Below the pieces are notes generated by a model. That model was not told the DNA's origin and did no database searches. It saw only the letters and a program-made list of their open reading frames with translations. The position numbers and the translations under genes were made by a program. Below, in pieces: positions 1-8,874 of a DNA stretch of 46,575 nucleotides (position 1 is the stretch's first letter; every line of letters starts with the position of its first letter). Source of the stretch: a virus. Its lineage: Duplodnaviria; Caudoviricetes. Location of the stretch: the IMG/VR virus record IMGVR_UViG_3300009529_000012, positions 1 through 46,575 of that record; one strand, given 5' to 3'.

Positions 1-62
1 GATTTGTTATTTTTTTTGTTGAAATTATATATTTAAAAAATAAAAAAATTTTTAAAAAAACT

Positions 63-99
<37 letters not shown>

Positions 100-310
100 A
101 AACTACATACCACCTAACTAACAAACAAACAACTAACAAAATAAAAATCATCAACATAATACCGGGTGTCAATCAAACAAATATATGGTTGAACACCATT
201 GTCCCCATTGTTGACTGGTACGTTGACACTACCATTGACAATGTTACTGGCGGGGAGGGCCACTGTGGCAACAAGGTTGTCCCTGAGGCAAGAACGACTG
301 GATCATGATG

Positions 311-389
311 GACTGGGCTAAATTAAACCAGAGACGACTGGAGTGGACTAAATTGACCACGAGATAGCGTGACTGGGCTAAAATGACCC
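311..389. repeat. three ~30-bp-spaced copies of motif B (TGGRCTAAAWTR(A)ACC)
   Basis: TGGGCTAAATTAAACCA at 314, TGGACTAAATTGACCA at ~345, TGGGCTAAAATGACCC at 374; related to the spacers of the 83-bp doublets. Confidence 0.6.
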
Positions 390-465
390 TCTGGGGGGTT
401 TTACTAACTTCGGGGGTGTGGAAAGACCCAGAGAATACTCACACCACTTTTGAGGCTCTTGCTTT

Positions 466-501
466 CTACATTACTTCCCTCTACATCACTTCCCTCTACA
501 T
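466..501. repeat. 15-bp tandem repeat CTACATYACTTCCCT x2 running into a motif A copy
   Basis: ctacattacttccct / ctacatcacttccct / ctacat. Confidence 0.8.
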
Positions 502-522
502 TGATTCAACATTTGATTCAAT
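500..522. repeat. motif A palindrome copy
   Basis: ATTGATTCAA CAT TTGATTCAAT. Confidence 0.8.
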
Positions 523-599
523 CGAGGACTACTTCGCCTGTATGACAGATACTCTTTTTTTACTTATTATATTAGACATCACCACAAAAGAAGAACTAT

Positions 600-622
600 A
601 TTGATTCAATTTTTGAATTACT
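600..622. repeat. motif A palindrome copy
   Basis: ATTGATTCAA TTT TTGAATTACT. Confidence 0.85.
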
Positions 623-666
623 CCAGCACGTTGTGATGAATGTGGCTCCTAGAGGGCCATTGAATA

Positions 667-695
667 TTGACCTTTTCTCCCTGATATGGTATGAT
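667..695 (+). promoter_or_regulatory. sigma70-type promoter for the structural arm
   Basis: TTGACC-17 nt-TATGAT with extended -10 TG, 35 nt upstream of the first + strand gene. Confidence 0.7.
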
Positions 696-730
696 GGAGG
701 GGCAATTAGGTAAATAAAGGAGAATGAAAC

Positions 731-1030
731 GTGACAATTTGGCTGAAACAGGGAGTTCTAGGAGACTTACGTCGAGATGCTCGAAGGTGTAAGGGAAGAT
801 TAGTAGAGTTTTACGAGAAGCAAGGACTTGATTTCTTCATAACTTCATTGAGAGAAGGAAATCATCATCCTGCAAGTTGTCACTATGAGGGAGACGCCTT
901 TGATTTCAAGAGGCAAGGACAAGAGAAGGGAGAAATTCAAAGAGTCTGTGGAAAGGACTTCGATGTTGTGGGATATAGTGACGAGAGAGACATTTTTCAT
1001 GTAGAGTTTGACCCAAAATTGCTAGATTGA
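731..1030 (+). CDS. peptidase M15-like endolysin (Zn peptidoglycan peptidase)
   Basis: SCHYEGDAFD and FHVEFD match the SxHxxGxAxD...HxE pattern; GTG start after AAGGAG. Confidence 0.7.
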   Translation: MTIWLKQGVLGDLRRDARRCKGRLVEFYEKQGLDFFITSLREGNHHPASCHYEGDAFDFKRQGQEKGEIQRVCGKDFDVVGYSDERDIFHVEFDPKLLD

Positions 1031-1048
1031 TTCAATTTTTGAACCAAA
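1026..1048. repeat. motif A palindrome copy (supplies the TGA stop of 731..1030)
   Basis: ATTGATTCAA TTT TTGAACCAAA. Confidence 0.85.
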
Positions 1049-1060
1049 GGAGAAAAGAGA

Positions 1061-1843
1061 ATGGCCAGAGTCATGAGAAGAACTCCAGCTACTGAGGAGG
1101 CAGCCTCTTATGGGTATAGGGATTTTCTCCAAGACATTGTAAAGAAAGTTGTGGCTGATACTACTAGAGGCCTAAAGGAACCACTAGACTTGAGTAATGA
1201 AGCCTTGCTGGAAATGGGACTTGCTGGAGTTGGTGCAGGGACAAAGATTGCTAGAGGACTTGGAAAAGGGAAATTCCCCTTCTCTCTGAAGACTACAGAT
1301 ATTCCTCTCTGGGATGCTGTGCTAAAGAAACCTGCTTATCACAAGAAGGCTAAGGGAATAGAAAGGAGAATTGAGTTTATGTCTCCCAGAGAATATTTTG
1401 GGTTAGTCGAGAAAAAGACAGGCTTCGCTCGAGATGTTGGTCGTCCTTTTGCTAGTATTGCTAATCCTGAGGTTGTTAGAAAATATGCTGAGGCTATGAG
1501 AAAAGGAACTAAGTTTCCTATGCCTGCTCTAGAATATAGAGCTAAGGGAGAATACTTTGGACAAGAAGGAAGACATAGAATGCTTGCGGCCAAAGCTCTT
1601 GGTATAGATAGAATTCCTGTTCTTGTAATGAGGAGTACCCCCGAGAAGAAATTGATGGAGAGATTTTCAAAGGAAGGTCTGAAGTATGATGCCTTCACAG
1701 AACCTCTCCCAGGTTATGGTTATCACCAGTGGACTCTTTATGGAGAAGGTCCTGCAAAAGGGGCTACATTTGGTACTAAGACTACTGAGCTAGGGGAGAT
1801 GGAAGCTAAGATTGCTAGTCTTATAAGGAAGTTTTCAAAATAA
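1061..1843 (+). CDS. ParB/sulfiredoxin-like domain protein
   Basis: VRKYAEAMRKG..FPMP...EGRHRMLAAKALGIDRIPV is the ParB/Srx GxHRxxA motif. Confidence 0.65.
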   Translation: MARVMRRTPATEEAASYGYRDFLQDIVKKVVADTTRGLKEPLDLSNEALLEMGLAGVGAGTKIARGLGKGKFPFSLKTTDIPLWDAVLKKPAYHKKAKGIERRIEFMSPREYFGLVEKKTGFARDVGRPFASIANPEVVRKYAEAMRKGTKFPMPALEYRAKGEYFGQEGRHRMLAAKALGIDRIPVLVMRSTPEKKLMERFSKEGLKYDAFTEPLPGYGYHQWTLYGEGPAKGATFGTKTTELGEMEAKIASLIRKFSK

Positions 1844-1847
1844 CTAC

Positions 1848-1870
1848 ATTGATTCATTTTTTGAATGAAT
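1848..1870. repeat. motif A palindrome copy
   Basis: ctac ATTGATTCAT TTT TTGAATGAAT. Confidence 0.85.
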
Positions 1871-1887
1871 AGAGAAGGAGAAAGAGG

Positions 1888-2385
1888 ATGGGCGCTCACT
1901 CTAATAACTTAACACCTACAATATCTCAATTATGGCCTCACCATAGAAGTATGGCAAGAATGTTTCTGGAAGGAATGCAGCCAGGAGAGGTTGCTTCAGT
2001 GACTGGCTTCTCTCCAGGGCAAATTACGAGAATTCTTCATTCTCCCCTCTTTGAAGCAGAGCTTGCAAGGCTTGAGTCCCAGGCAGAGATAGAAGTTGTG
2101 ACTGTAGGGAATGAGTTGAAGAAAATGGCTTCTAGGGCTATTGAGATACTTGATGAGAATCTCCACTCTCAGGATGAAGTCGTAGTTTCTCGAGAGTTGA
2201 AGACCAAGACTGCTTTTGATGTCCTCGACAGGAGTGGACACGGCAAGAGACTTGACCCCCAGAGGCACCTCCACGCTCATGCTCATGTACATAAGAAAGT
2301 GCAGGAGATGGAGCAAGTGGAGTTGTATGAGACTGTGGAAGATTTGCTCCAGGAGGATGAAGAGGTGATGGAGGCTGAGAGTTGA
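1888..2385 (+). CDS. probable terminase small subunit
   Basis: N-terminal HTH (PGEVASVTGFSPGQITRIL); overlaps the large terminase start. Confidence 0.55.
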   Translation: MGAHSNNLTPTISQLWPHHRSMARMFLEGMQPGEVASVTGFSPGQITRILHSPLFEAELARLESQAEIEVVTVGNELKKMASRAIEILDENLHSQDEVVVSRELKTKTAFDVLDRSGHGKRLDPQRHLHAHAHVHKKVQEMEQVELYETVEDLLQEDEEVMEAES

Positions 2386-4223
2386 TTGAAACTATTAAAT
2401 ATCCTAAAGACCCTGCAGAGAACCTCAGGTGGAGAACTAAGCTTCTTAGGAAAGCAAGAGTTAACTTGGAATTCCGGGAGATGCTTAAAAGGCTCTTCTA
2501 TGAGGATATTCTCTTTGCTTTTAACGCTTTCTTCTACACCCTAGACGTAAGACAAAGGCCTCATCATCATCAGCCATTTTGTACTTACAATTATCAAGAT
2601 AGGGAGATACTTGCACTACAAGATGCAATAAACAGAGGGGAGGACAAGTGCCTTGAAAAGTCAAGAGACATGGGAGTCACATGGATTGTACTGGGAACCA
2701 TGTTCTGGTTTTGGTGCCAACCTAGTGGCGGTGCAGATTTCCTACTTGGATCGAGAATCGAGGACTATGTGGACAAGAAAGGCGATCCACGTACTCACTT
2801 CGCTAAGCTCCGCTACCTCCTTAATAGACTCCCCAAGTGGCTCAGACCTAAAGGCTTTAATCCCAGAAGGCATGACACCTTCATGAAACTTGTGAATCCA
2901 GTGACCGAGAGTAGTTTCACTGGAGAGAGTAATAACCCTAACTTCAGTACACAAGGGCGTTATCTTGGAATTCTTTATGACGAATTTGCCAAATGGGAAG
3001 GTTCTGATGAATATGCCTGGACAGCTGGCGGTGATGCCTCACCCTGCAGGATTGCAGTTTCTACTCCTTTTGGTGCAGGAGGGCAATTTTATAGGCTGGT
3101 TACAGATGGGAGAACTCGAAAGGCTACGCTCCACTGGAGCTTGCATCCAAGGAAAGCGAGAGGACTCAGTTGTCTTTGGCCAACTCCAAACGAGCACGAA
3201 AAAAGCGATAGAGGAGCTAGTTGGGAACCAGAAGAGAAACTGACAAGTCCTTGGTATGAAGCGCAGTGCAAGAGACGGCTTCCTAGTGAAATTGCCCAGG
3301 AGTTAGATATTGACTATCTAGGAGCTGGTAGACCGGTGTTTGAAGGAAAAGCTTGGGAGATGCTTAAGGCTTGGCACAAGAGACCAGATGAGCCGGTTAA
3401 GTTTCTTGTCCCTCACTTGTATGACTTCACTACAGAGGCTATTACAAGTCCTAGTGACTGGGAGGGCTATATTGTCGTCTATGAAAAATATCAAAGTCTC
3501 CATAGCTATTGTCTTGGTGTTGATGTGGTTGAGGGAGTCGAAGGAGGAGACTACGCATTTATTGTCGTGCTTGACAGGAGCACTAAAAACGTCTCTGCGG
3601 TCTACTGGAGTAGGCTTGACGAGATTCAACTTGCTTTTGTTATTTTCATTGTTTCTAAGCTATATGCTGACAATGAGGATGTTGATATCGAGCCTTGGAC
3701 TGGGATTGAAGCTGGTCCGGGACCTGGTCTTGCGACTTTTGACAAAGCATTCGACTTGGGAGTCGGCAATCTCTTTATGGCTCCACGCTATGATGTCACA
3801 AAGGGAAGTGTCTCGTTCAAGAAAGGATGGAGAACAGACAGAAGTTCAAGGGCTGAGTTAGTAGCAGGAGTGAGAGAGTATCTTCTCAATAGGGCAGGGA
3901 ATTTAAATAGTCAAAGGCTAGTGGGAGAGTTAATGACTTTTGTCTACAATAAGATGGGGAAGCCGATTGCCAAGAGTGGAACTCACGACGACGGAGTGAT
4001 AGCCTTTGGCATAGCACTACAGGTAGATGAAATTGCTCCGCTTGAGGAGAAGGCAAGGAAGGCAAAAATGCTTGGAATGAGAGAGGTTATTGAGTTGACT
4101 ATGAGAGAGCCTGAGAAAGTGCCTATATCGACAAGAGAAGAAATGTGTTTGGCAACAATAGCAGAGAAGAAAGCCTTTAAGGATGATACTGACTTTTTGG
4201 AGGAGGTAGGAGGATGGCTATAA
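2382..4223 (+). CDS. terL: terminase large subunit
   Basis: KSRDMGVTW Walker A-like, ILYDEFA Walker B, VSTP coupling motif, LGVDV and HDDGV nuclease motifs. Confidence 0.9.
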   Translation: MIETIKYPKDPAENLRWRTKLLRKARVNLEFREMLKRLFYEDILFAFNAFFYTLDVRQRPHHHQPFCTYNYQDREILALQDAINRGEDKCLEKSRDMGVTWIVLGTMFWFWCQPSGGADFLLGSRIEDYVDKKGDPRTHFAKLRYLLNRLPKWLRPKGFNPRRHDTFMKLVNPVTESSFTGESNNPNFSTQGRYLGILYDEFAKWEGSDEYAWTAGGDASPCRIAVSTPFGAGGQFYRLVTDGRTRKATLHWSLHPRKARGLSCLWPTPNEHEKSDRGASWEPEEKLTSPWYEAQCKRRLPSEIAQELDIDYLGAGRPVFEGKAWEMLKAWHKRPDEPVKFLVPHLYDFTTEAITSPSDWEGYIVVYEKYQSLHSYCLGVDVVEGVEGGDYAFIVVLDRSTKNVSAVYWSRLDEIQLAFVIFIVSKLYADNEDVDIEPWTGIEAGPGPGLATFDKAFDLGVGNLFMAPRYDVTKGSVSFKKGWRTDRSSRAELVAGVREYLLNRAGNLNSQRLVGELMTFVYNKMGKPIAKSGTHDDGVIAFGIALQVDEIAPLEEKARKAKMLGMREVIELTMREPEKVPISTREEMCLATIAEKKAFKDDTDFLEEVGGWL

Positions 4224-4522
4224 GAGTAGAATCATACAAAGGAGAAAGAAGTCCTTATAGTGTTGGTATGACTAGAAGGAGACCTGGTGGTGAGGGGGGA
4301 GAATTGGAAGAACTCTTCGAGCAACTCATGGAAGGAGGAGAACTGGAAGATGTTGAGGAACTCGAGGACTTTGACTGGGAAGGACTCTGGGATAGTTTCA
4401 TGGGAGAGGAAGAGGGGGAGGAGCAACAGGGTTCTCTCTATCCTACAATGTTCGGGACTCCTACTTCAAGACAACCAGGAGCAGGAGTGATTGGTAGAGG
4501 AAGACCTTTTCAATTTTACTAG
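4214..4522 (+). CDS. acidic hypothetical protein
   Basis: RBS GGAGG, tight packing with neighbours. Confidence 0.6.
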   Translation: MAIRVESYKGERSPYSVGMTRRRPGGEGGELEELFEQLMEGGELEDVEELEDFDWEGLWDSFMGEEEGEEQQGSLYPTMFGTPTSRQPGAGVIGRGRPFQFY

Positions 4523-4531
4523 GAGGGAGAG

Positions 4532-4822
4532 ATGCCTAGATTCACAGCACCAACAACTATTGAGGAGATGGAAAGGAGACTTAGGCCTCTTGAAGAAGAG
4601 TATGAAATGGCTCCTGGGAGGGAGGAGGAAGAGGAGGAAGGACTCTTTGGACCTCGGGGCTTTTTTGGAAACATTAGAGACTACTACCAGACAGACTCTT
4701 GGGGTGGTTGGTGGAGAGGACTCTTTGGGAGAGAAAGGAAGAAACCTGCTTATACTGTTTATCCTGAATGGGGAGAAGGAAACATAAGGACCCTACGGGA
4801 GATTATGAGGGAGACTAGGTGA
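4532..4822 (+). CDS. hypothetical protein
   Basis: RBS AGGAGG, tight packing. Confidence 0.6.
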   Translation: MPRFTAPTTIEEMERRLRPLEEEYEMAPGREEEEEEGLFGPRGFFGNIRDYYQTDSWGGWWRGLFGRERKKPAYTVYPEWGEGNIRTLREIMRETR

Positions 4823-4989
4823 TGCCAGCAGCTTTTGAAAGGTGTCTGAAGGCAGGAGGGAAAATTAGGACGAAGAAACTTGGGGATGGAAGCTATATGA
4901 AGATCTGTGTTCTCCCCAGGGGAAAGAAGGGATCTAGAGGGGGAAGGACAGTAGGCGGAGAAGTTCATAAGAAAAAGAAGGAGAAATAG
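4822..4989 (+). CDS. small basic protein (55 aa, not in ORF track)
   Basis: MPAAFERCLKAGGKIRTKKLGDGSYMKICVL...; TGATG overlap, fills the gap exactly. Confidence 0.6.
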   Translation: MPAAFERCLKAGGKIRTKKLGDGSYMKICVLPRGKKGSRGGRTVGGEVHKKKKEK

Positions 4990-4990
4990 A

Positions 4991-5293
4991 ATGAGACTTA
5001 AAAGGAAGGTAGATGAGCTAGAGGCTCTTATAAATGCTCGCTTTGATAGTGTCGAAGAGGCTCTGAAGAGAATCATTGCCAGAGGCGAAATTGTGAGTGT
5101 TATAGAAAGACAGTTGAAAGATGAGAGAGAGGAGAAGAAAGAGCTTCTTGACAGACTAATGGCTCGGGACTTTGAGTCTTATAAGACCTATACTGCAGAA
5201 GAAGGACTCGAGACTGTAGGAGAGGACATAAAGCCAGAGGAAGATCCTGACATGGCAGGAGAAGTTTTTGAGGTTCCAGAGACAACAACCTAG
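4991..5293 (+). CDS. coiled-coil hypothetical protein
   Basis: RBS AAGGAG, helical charged sequence. Confidence 0.65.
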   Translation: MRLKRKVDELEALINARFDSVEEALKRIIARGEIVSVIERQLKDEREEKKELLDRLMARDFESYKTYTAEEGLETVGEDIKPEEDPDMAGEVFEVPETTT

Positions 5294-5316
5294 ATTGATT
5301 CAATATTTGAATTAAT
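5294..5316. repeat. motif A palindrome copy
   Basis: directly after TAG: ATTGATTCAA TAT TTGAATTAAT. Confidence 0.85.
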
Positions 5317-5704
5317 GAGGAAAAATGAAATGCCTGACTACGGCAAGAGACCGAGGATTAAGAGAATAAATCCTATGCCTTCCCTCAAGAGGGTTAAGAA
5401 ACTTCCTAGCAGGGAGCAAGTTGAAGAGAAGCTGATGGGAGGAGTTATCTATGAAGCTGGGAGACTTGCCGGTAAGCAGGCTGCCATGATAGCTTATAAC
5501 TTTGGCATGAGAAATCCTGAACAGTTGAAGTATATAAGGAACTTTGCCCAGGACAAGGCTAGGAGAGACACTCTTGAATTGCTGGATGAATTAAGGGCAG
5601 AGGGAGAACTTCCAGAAATAACTGTTGAAGCAAGACAACCTGAGAAGGTCGAGGAAGAGATGATTAATATGAACCTCAGACAACTCATGAAAGACAATAT
5701 CTAG
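5315..5704 (+). CDS. hypothetical protein (start possibly 5330)
   Basis: ORF filling the gap before the portal gene. Confidence 0.6.
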   Translation: MRKNEMPDYGKRPRIKRINPMPSLKRVKKLPSREQVEEKLMGGVIYEAGRLAGKQAAMIAYNFGMRNPEQLKYIRNFAQDKARRDTLELLDELRAEGELPEITVEARQPEKVEEEMINMNLRQLMKDNI

Positions 5705-5715
5705 GGAGAAAGGGA

Positions 5716-7647
5716 ATGCCAGACCACTTGAGGACAGACAAGACTACAGTAAAGAAGTGGACAAAGAAGTCTAGGAGTAAAAGCGAGAAGGAGAGAGACA
5801 CTGAATGGGCTTTTTTGAAGAAGAAGTATGATCTAGCTGTCAGTCTTAGAAGGCCTTTTGAGAGAAGATGGCTGATTGTTCTTTCGTTTCTAGCAGGACG
5901 CCAGTATGTCTTTTATAACCAGACTGCCGAGATGCTTCAACAAGTCCTCTTGAAGAAGGGAAAACTGAGGATTGTAGATAATAAGCTTCTCCCTCGCTAC
6001 AGGAAACAAGTTTCTCGCCTTATCAGGAATAATCCAACCGTGACTGTGGTTCCTTCCTCTAATGACCAGGAAGACATTGAGGCAGCTCGTAAAGGGACTA
6101 AGTTCCTCAAACACTTCTGGCGTAATGGAAAGATGAAGAAGAAAGTAAGAGAGCTAGGTGGCTGGATTTACGCTACTGGGAATGGATTTCTCTCTGATGC
6201 CTGGGACCCCAGACTTGGACCAACAAAGCTTAATACTGAAAAGGGAATTCTGGAGTATGAGGGAGACGCAACTTGTGGAGTCTGGAGTCCCCTTGAGGTT
6301 GGCTTTCCTATTGCTGGTCTAGGAGATGTTGACCTTCATGCGCTTCCTTGGATGATGAGGATGAAATACAGGGGTCTAGAATATTTAGCAGCTAATTATG
6401 AAAGAGGAAGTGAAGTAACAAATGAGCAGAGAGCTCCTGGGGCTCAGGCTGTAGCTACACTATGGAGTCCTACAGAAGGTGTCGCTACCGAGGTAGAAGG
6501 AGCTACGCTAATGGAGCTGTATCTCAAGCCTAATAAGCAATTCCCTGAGGGACTTTTTCTTGCGGGAGCTAATAAGGTGATGCTAGGAAAAAGTGCCTAT
6601 CCTTTTAATCACTTCCACATGGAGCAATTTAAAGATATAGAAATTCCTGGGGTCTTCTGGGGAATGGCTACAAGCGAGGCAGCTATCTGGCTCCAGAAGA
6701 TTCATAATATGACACTCTCTGATATTGTGCAATTTAATAAGGCTATGGCTAGGGGAAAGTATCTAGTACCTAAAGGTAGCCAGATGGAAGTGGAGCCAGA
6801 TGATACTCACGGACAGAAGCTTCTCTACAAACCAGTAATGGGACACAAACCAGAGATTCTCGATTTGAAGGGACTTCCTGCAACTTATGACAAAGCTCTA
6901 ATGTTAGTAGCCCAAGGGCTTATGGAACTCTACCATCAACATGAAGTGACACAGGGGACCAATAAGAGTGACATCAGAAGTGCAGAGATGGTAGAATTGC
7001 TTCTAGAGAGTGACGACATGGGCAACGTTCCTACTCATGCAGTCTTTGAAGAGTCACTAGAAGCTTGTCTCCACAGAATTCTCCTCAGAGTCCAGAAGGG
7101 CTATTCAACAGAAAGGATGATAAAGATTGGTGGAGAGGCAAATAACTATGAAGTAGTAAGTTTCAAGGGTGCTGACTTGAGGGACAATACTGATGTCTTT
7201 GTGAAGAAAGAAAGTACTCTGCCTGATTCTAGGACTATTAGAAATAAGAGAGTAATGGATAGATACCAGGCAGGTCTCTACGGGATGCCACAAGATCCTA
7301 AAGTGCAGAGGAAGGTTCTCAAGATGCTGGATGATGCTATTGTTGAGGATATTTATGGAGAGACTCATCTAGATGAGCAGAATGCTAACATCGAGAATAG
7401 GACTCTTCTCTCCCAGCCTGGAGTAGTGTTGGTGTCTAATGACTATGACAACGACGCAGTCCACTTGCAAGTGCATAAAAACTTCAGGAAGGGAAGAACT
7501 TATCAGAAAGTGAAAGAGAGAGATCAAGAAAATGGACTGGTTCTAGATGCTACTTTCCAGACTCACGAGAATTTTCATATGAAAGCTCTTGAAGAGAAAA
7601 TGAAGATGCAGGAAAAAGTTGTAAATCTTAATGAAAGGAGGAAGTAG
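5716..7647 (+). CDS. portal protein
   Basis: 643 aa, helical, NKLLP...P...D...A pattern of P22-like portals; lies between terminase and scaffold/capsid. Confidence 0.8.
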   Translation: MPDHLRTDKTTVKKWTKKSRSKSEKERDTEWAFLKKKYDLAVSLRRPFERRWLIVLSFLAGRQYVFYNQTAEMLQQVLLKKGKLRIVDNKLLPRYRKQVSRLIRNNPTVTVVPSSNDQEDIEAARKGTKFLKHFWRNGKMKKKVRELGGWIYATGNGFLSDAWDPRLGPTKLNTEKGILEYEGDATCGVWSPLEVGFPIAGLGDVDLHALPWMMRMKYRGLEYLAANYERGSEVTNEQRAPGAQAVATLWSPTEGVATEVEGATLMELYLKPNKQFPEGLFLAGANKVMLGKSAYPFNHFHMEQFKDIEIPGVFWGMATSEAAIWLQKIHNMTLSDIVQFNKAMARGKYLVPKGSQMEVEPDDTHGQKLLYKPVMGHKPEILDLKGLPATYDKALMLVAQGLMELYHQHEVTQGTNKSDIRSAEMVELLLESDDMGNVPTHAVFEESLEACLHRILLRVQKGYSTERMIKIGGEANNYEVVSFKGADLRDNTDVFVKKESTLPDSRTIRNKRVMDRYQAGLYGMPQDPKVQRKVLKMLDDAIVEDIYGETHLDEQNANIENRTLLSQPGVVLVSNDYDNDAVHLQVHKNFRKGRTYQKVKERDQENGLVLDATFQTHENFHMKALEEKMKMQEKVVNLNERRK

Positions 7648-7649
7648 AA

Positions 7650-8027
7650 ATGCCAATATCAAAAGAGGTATTAGAAGCATCAAAGATAGTGACAAAGAAG
7701 GACCAGGAGTTTGGAGAAAGAGTGAAATACCCGTTGGCAGTGAAGTGGAATAGATTTGTGAAGCATATGGAGGATGGAAAAAGGACTTGGGACGCTCTCC
7801 AGAAAGAAATTGATCTTGTTGGAAAGAGAGAGCTAGAAATGAGGTATCCTACTGTTGCCCAGAGGCATCTTGCAAAATTCAGGAATGTTAACTTTGACTG
7901 GGCAGCAGGTATGTTCGTTGACTATTATAGAGGAGCAGGAGGAATTGAGGCTATGTATATTGTCCTTCCTCCAGAGACAAAAACATTAAAGAAAGAGGAG
8001 AAAGAAGATGACAGTAAAGAAGATTGA
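7650..8027 (+). CDS. hypothetical protein
   Basis: RBS AGGAGG, operon packing. Confidence 0.6.
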   Translation: MPISKEVLEASKIVTKKDQEFGERVKYPLAVKWNRFVKHMEDGKRTWDALQKEIDLVGKRELEMRYPTVAQRHLAKFRNVNFDWAAGMFVDYYRGAGGIEAMYIVLPPETKTLKKEEKEDDSKED

Positions 8028-8862
8028 AGAAGGCGGCCACTCCGATGATGGGAGCAAGGATGCTGGAAAAATCCAAGTTGATGGGAAGGACTACTCGGTG
8101 GAGGATGTCCAGAATTTAATTAAACAAGGAGCATCTGCAACCCAGAAGACGCAAGAGGTTGCAGGAATACTGGCTGCTGCAGAGAAGTACGGAGTGGATA
8201 TTGAGACTTATCTGGGCCAGGCAGAAGGAGCATTTGGCGTTATGAGTCAGTTAATTGCTGATAAAGTGATTGACGAGAAGGGAAACATAGTTAAGAAAAA
8301 AGAGGAGAAACCTGCTGGTGAGAAGTCTGAAGGAGATAATGAGTTGATTAAACTTCTTAATTTGTCTACAGAAGGCACAAGTAAGTTGACGGGAGAAGAG
8401 AAAATAGCATCAATAGTTGCTAAAGCTCTTGAGCCTCAATTGGAGGACATGAAAAAGCTGGGAGAGCGTGTAACTGCTGTAGACAAGACGCAAGGAGATA
8501 TGATTCGACTTAGTCTCGAAGAGAAAATCATGAGCAAGTTTTCCAATCTGAAGCCTAGTGACGTTTCTCAGGTCTTTGGAAGTGCTATGCAGGACAGGAG
8601 CAAGAGCCTGTGGGAGCACGCAGAGGCTGCAAGTAAAGAGAGGGCAGTTGCTATTGGTGCCCTGAGGGAAGAACATGCAAAGGAGTTTGGAGTTAACCTA
8701 GAGAAGTTTGACGAAAATAAGCTGAGGGAGCAAGGAGCTGAAGGTGGGGCTGGAACCTTTTTTAAAGGAAAGACATTTTCTTTTGACAAAAAAGGAGATG
8801 ATATAGTAGATCCATCAAAGGCTGCTAACGAGTTTATCGAAAGTGTTGTCTCCCAAAGCTAG
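8008..8862 (+). CDS. capsid scaffolding protein
   Basis: KIQVDGKDYSVEDV...ATQKTQE motif typical of scaffolds, charged and helical, directly before the capsid gene. Confidence 0.7.
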   Translation: MTVKKIEEGGHSDDGSKDAGKIQVDGKDYSVEDVQNLIKQGASATQKTQEVAGILAAAEKYGVDIETYLGQAEGAFGVMSQLIADKVIDEKGNIVKKKEEKPAGEKSEGDNELIKLLNLSTEGTSKLTGEEKIASIVAKALEPQLEDMKKLGERVTAVDKTQGDMIRLSLEEKIMSKFSNLKPSDVSQVFGSAMQDRSKSLWEHAEAASKERAVAIGALREEHAKEFGVNLEKFDENKLREQGAEGGAGTFFKGKTFSFDKKGDDIVDPSKAANEFIESVVSQS

Positions 8863-8874
8863 GAGGCGGATTGA

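Noticed and set aside
383-604. 73-aa ORF
   Set aside because: Made of tandem and motif A repeats, upstream of the promoter, no RBS; probably non-coding.
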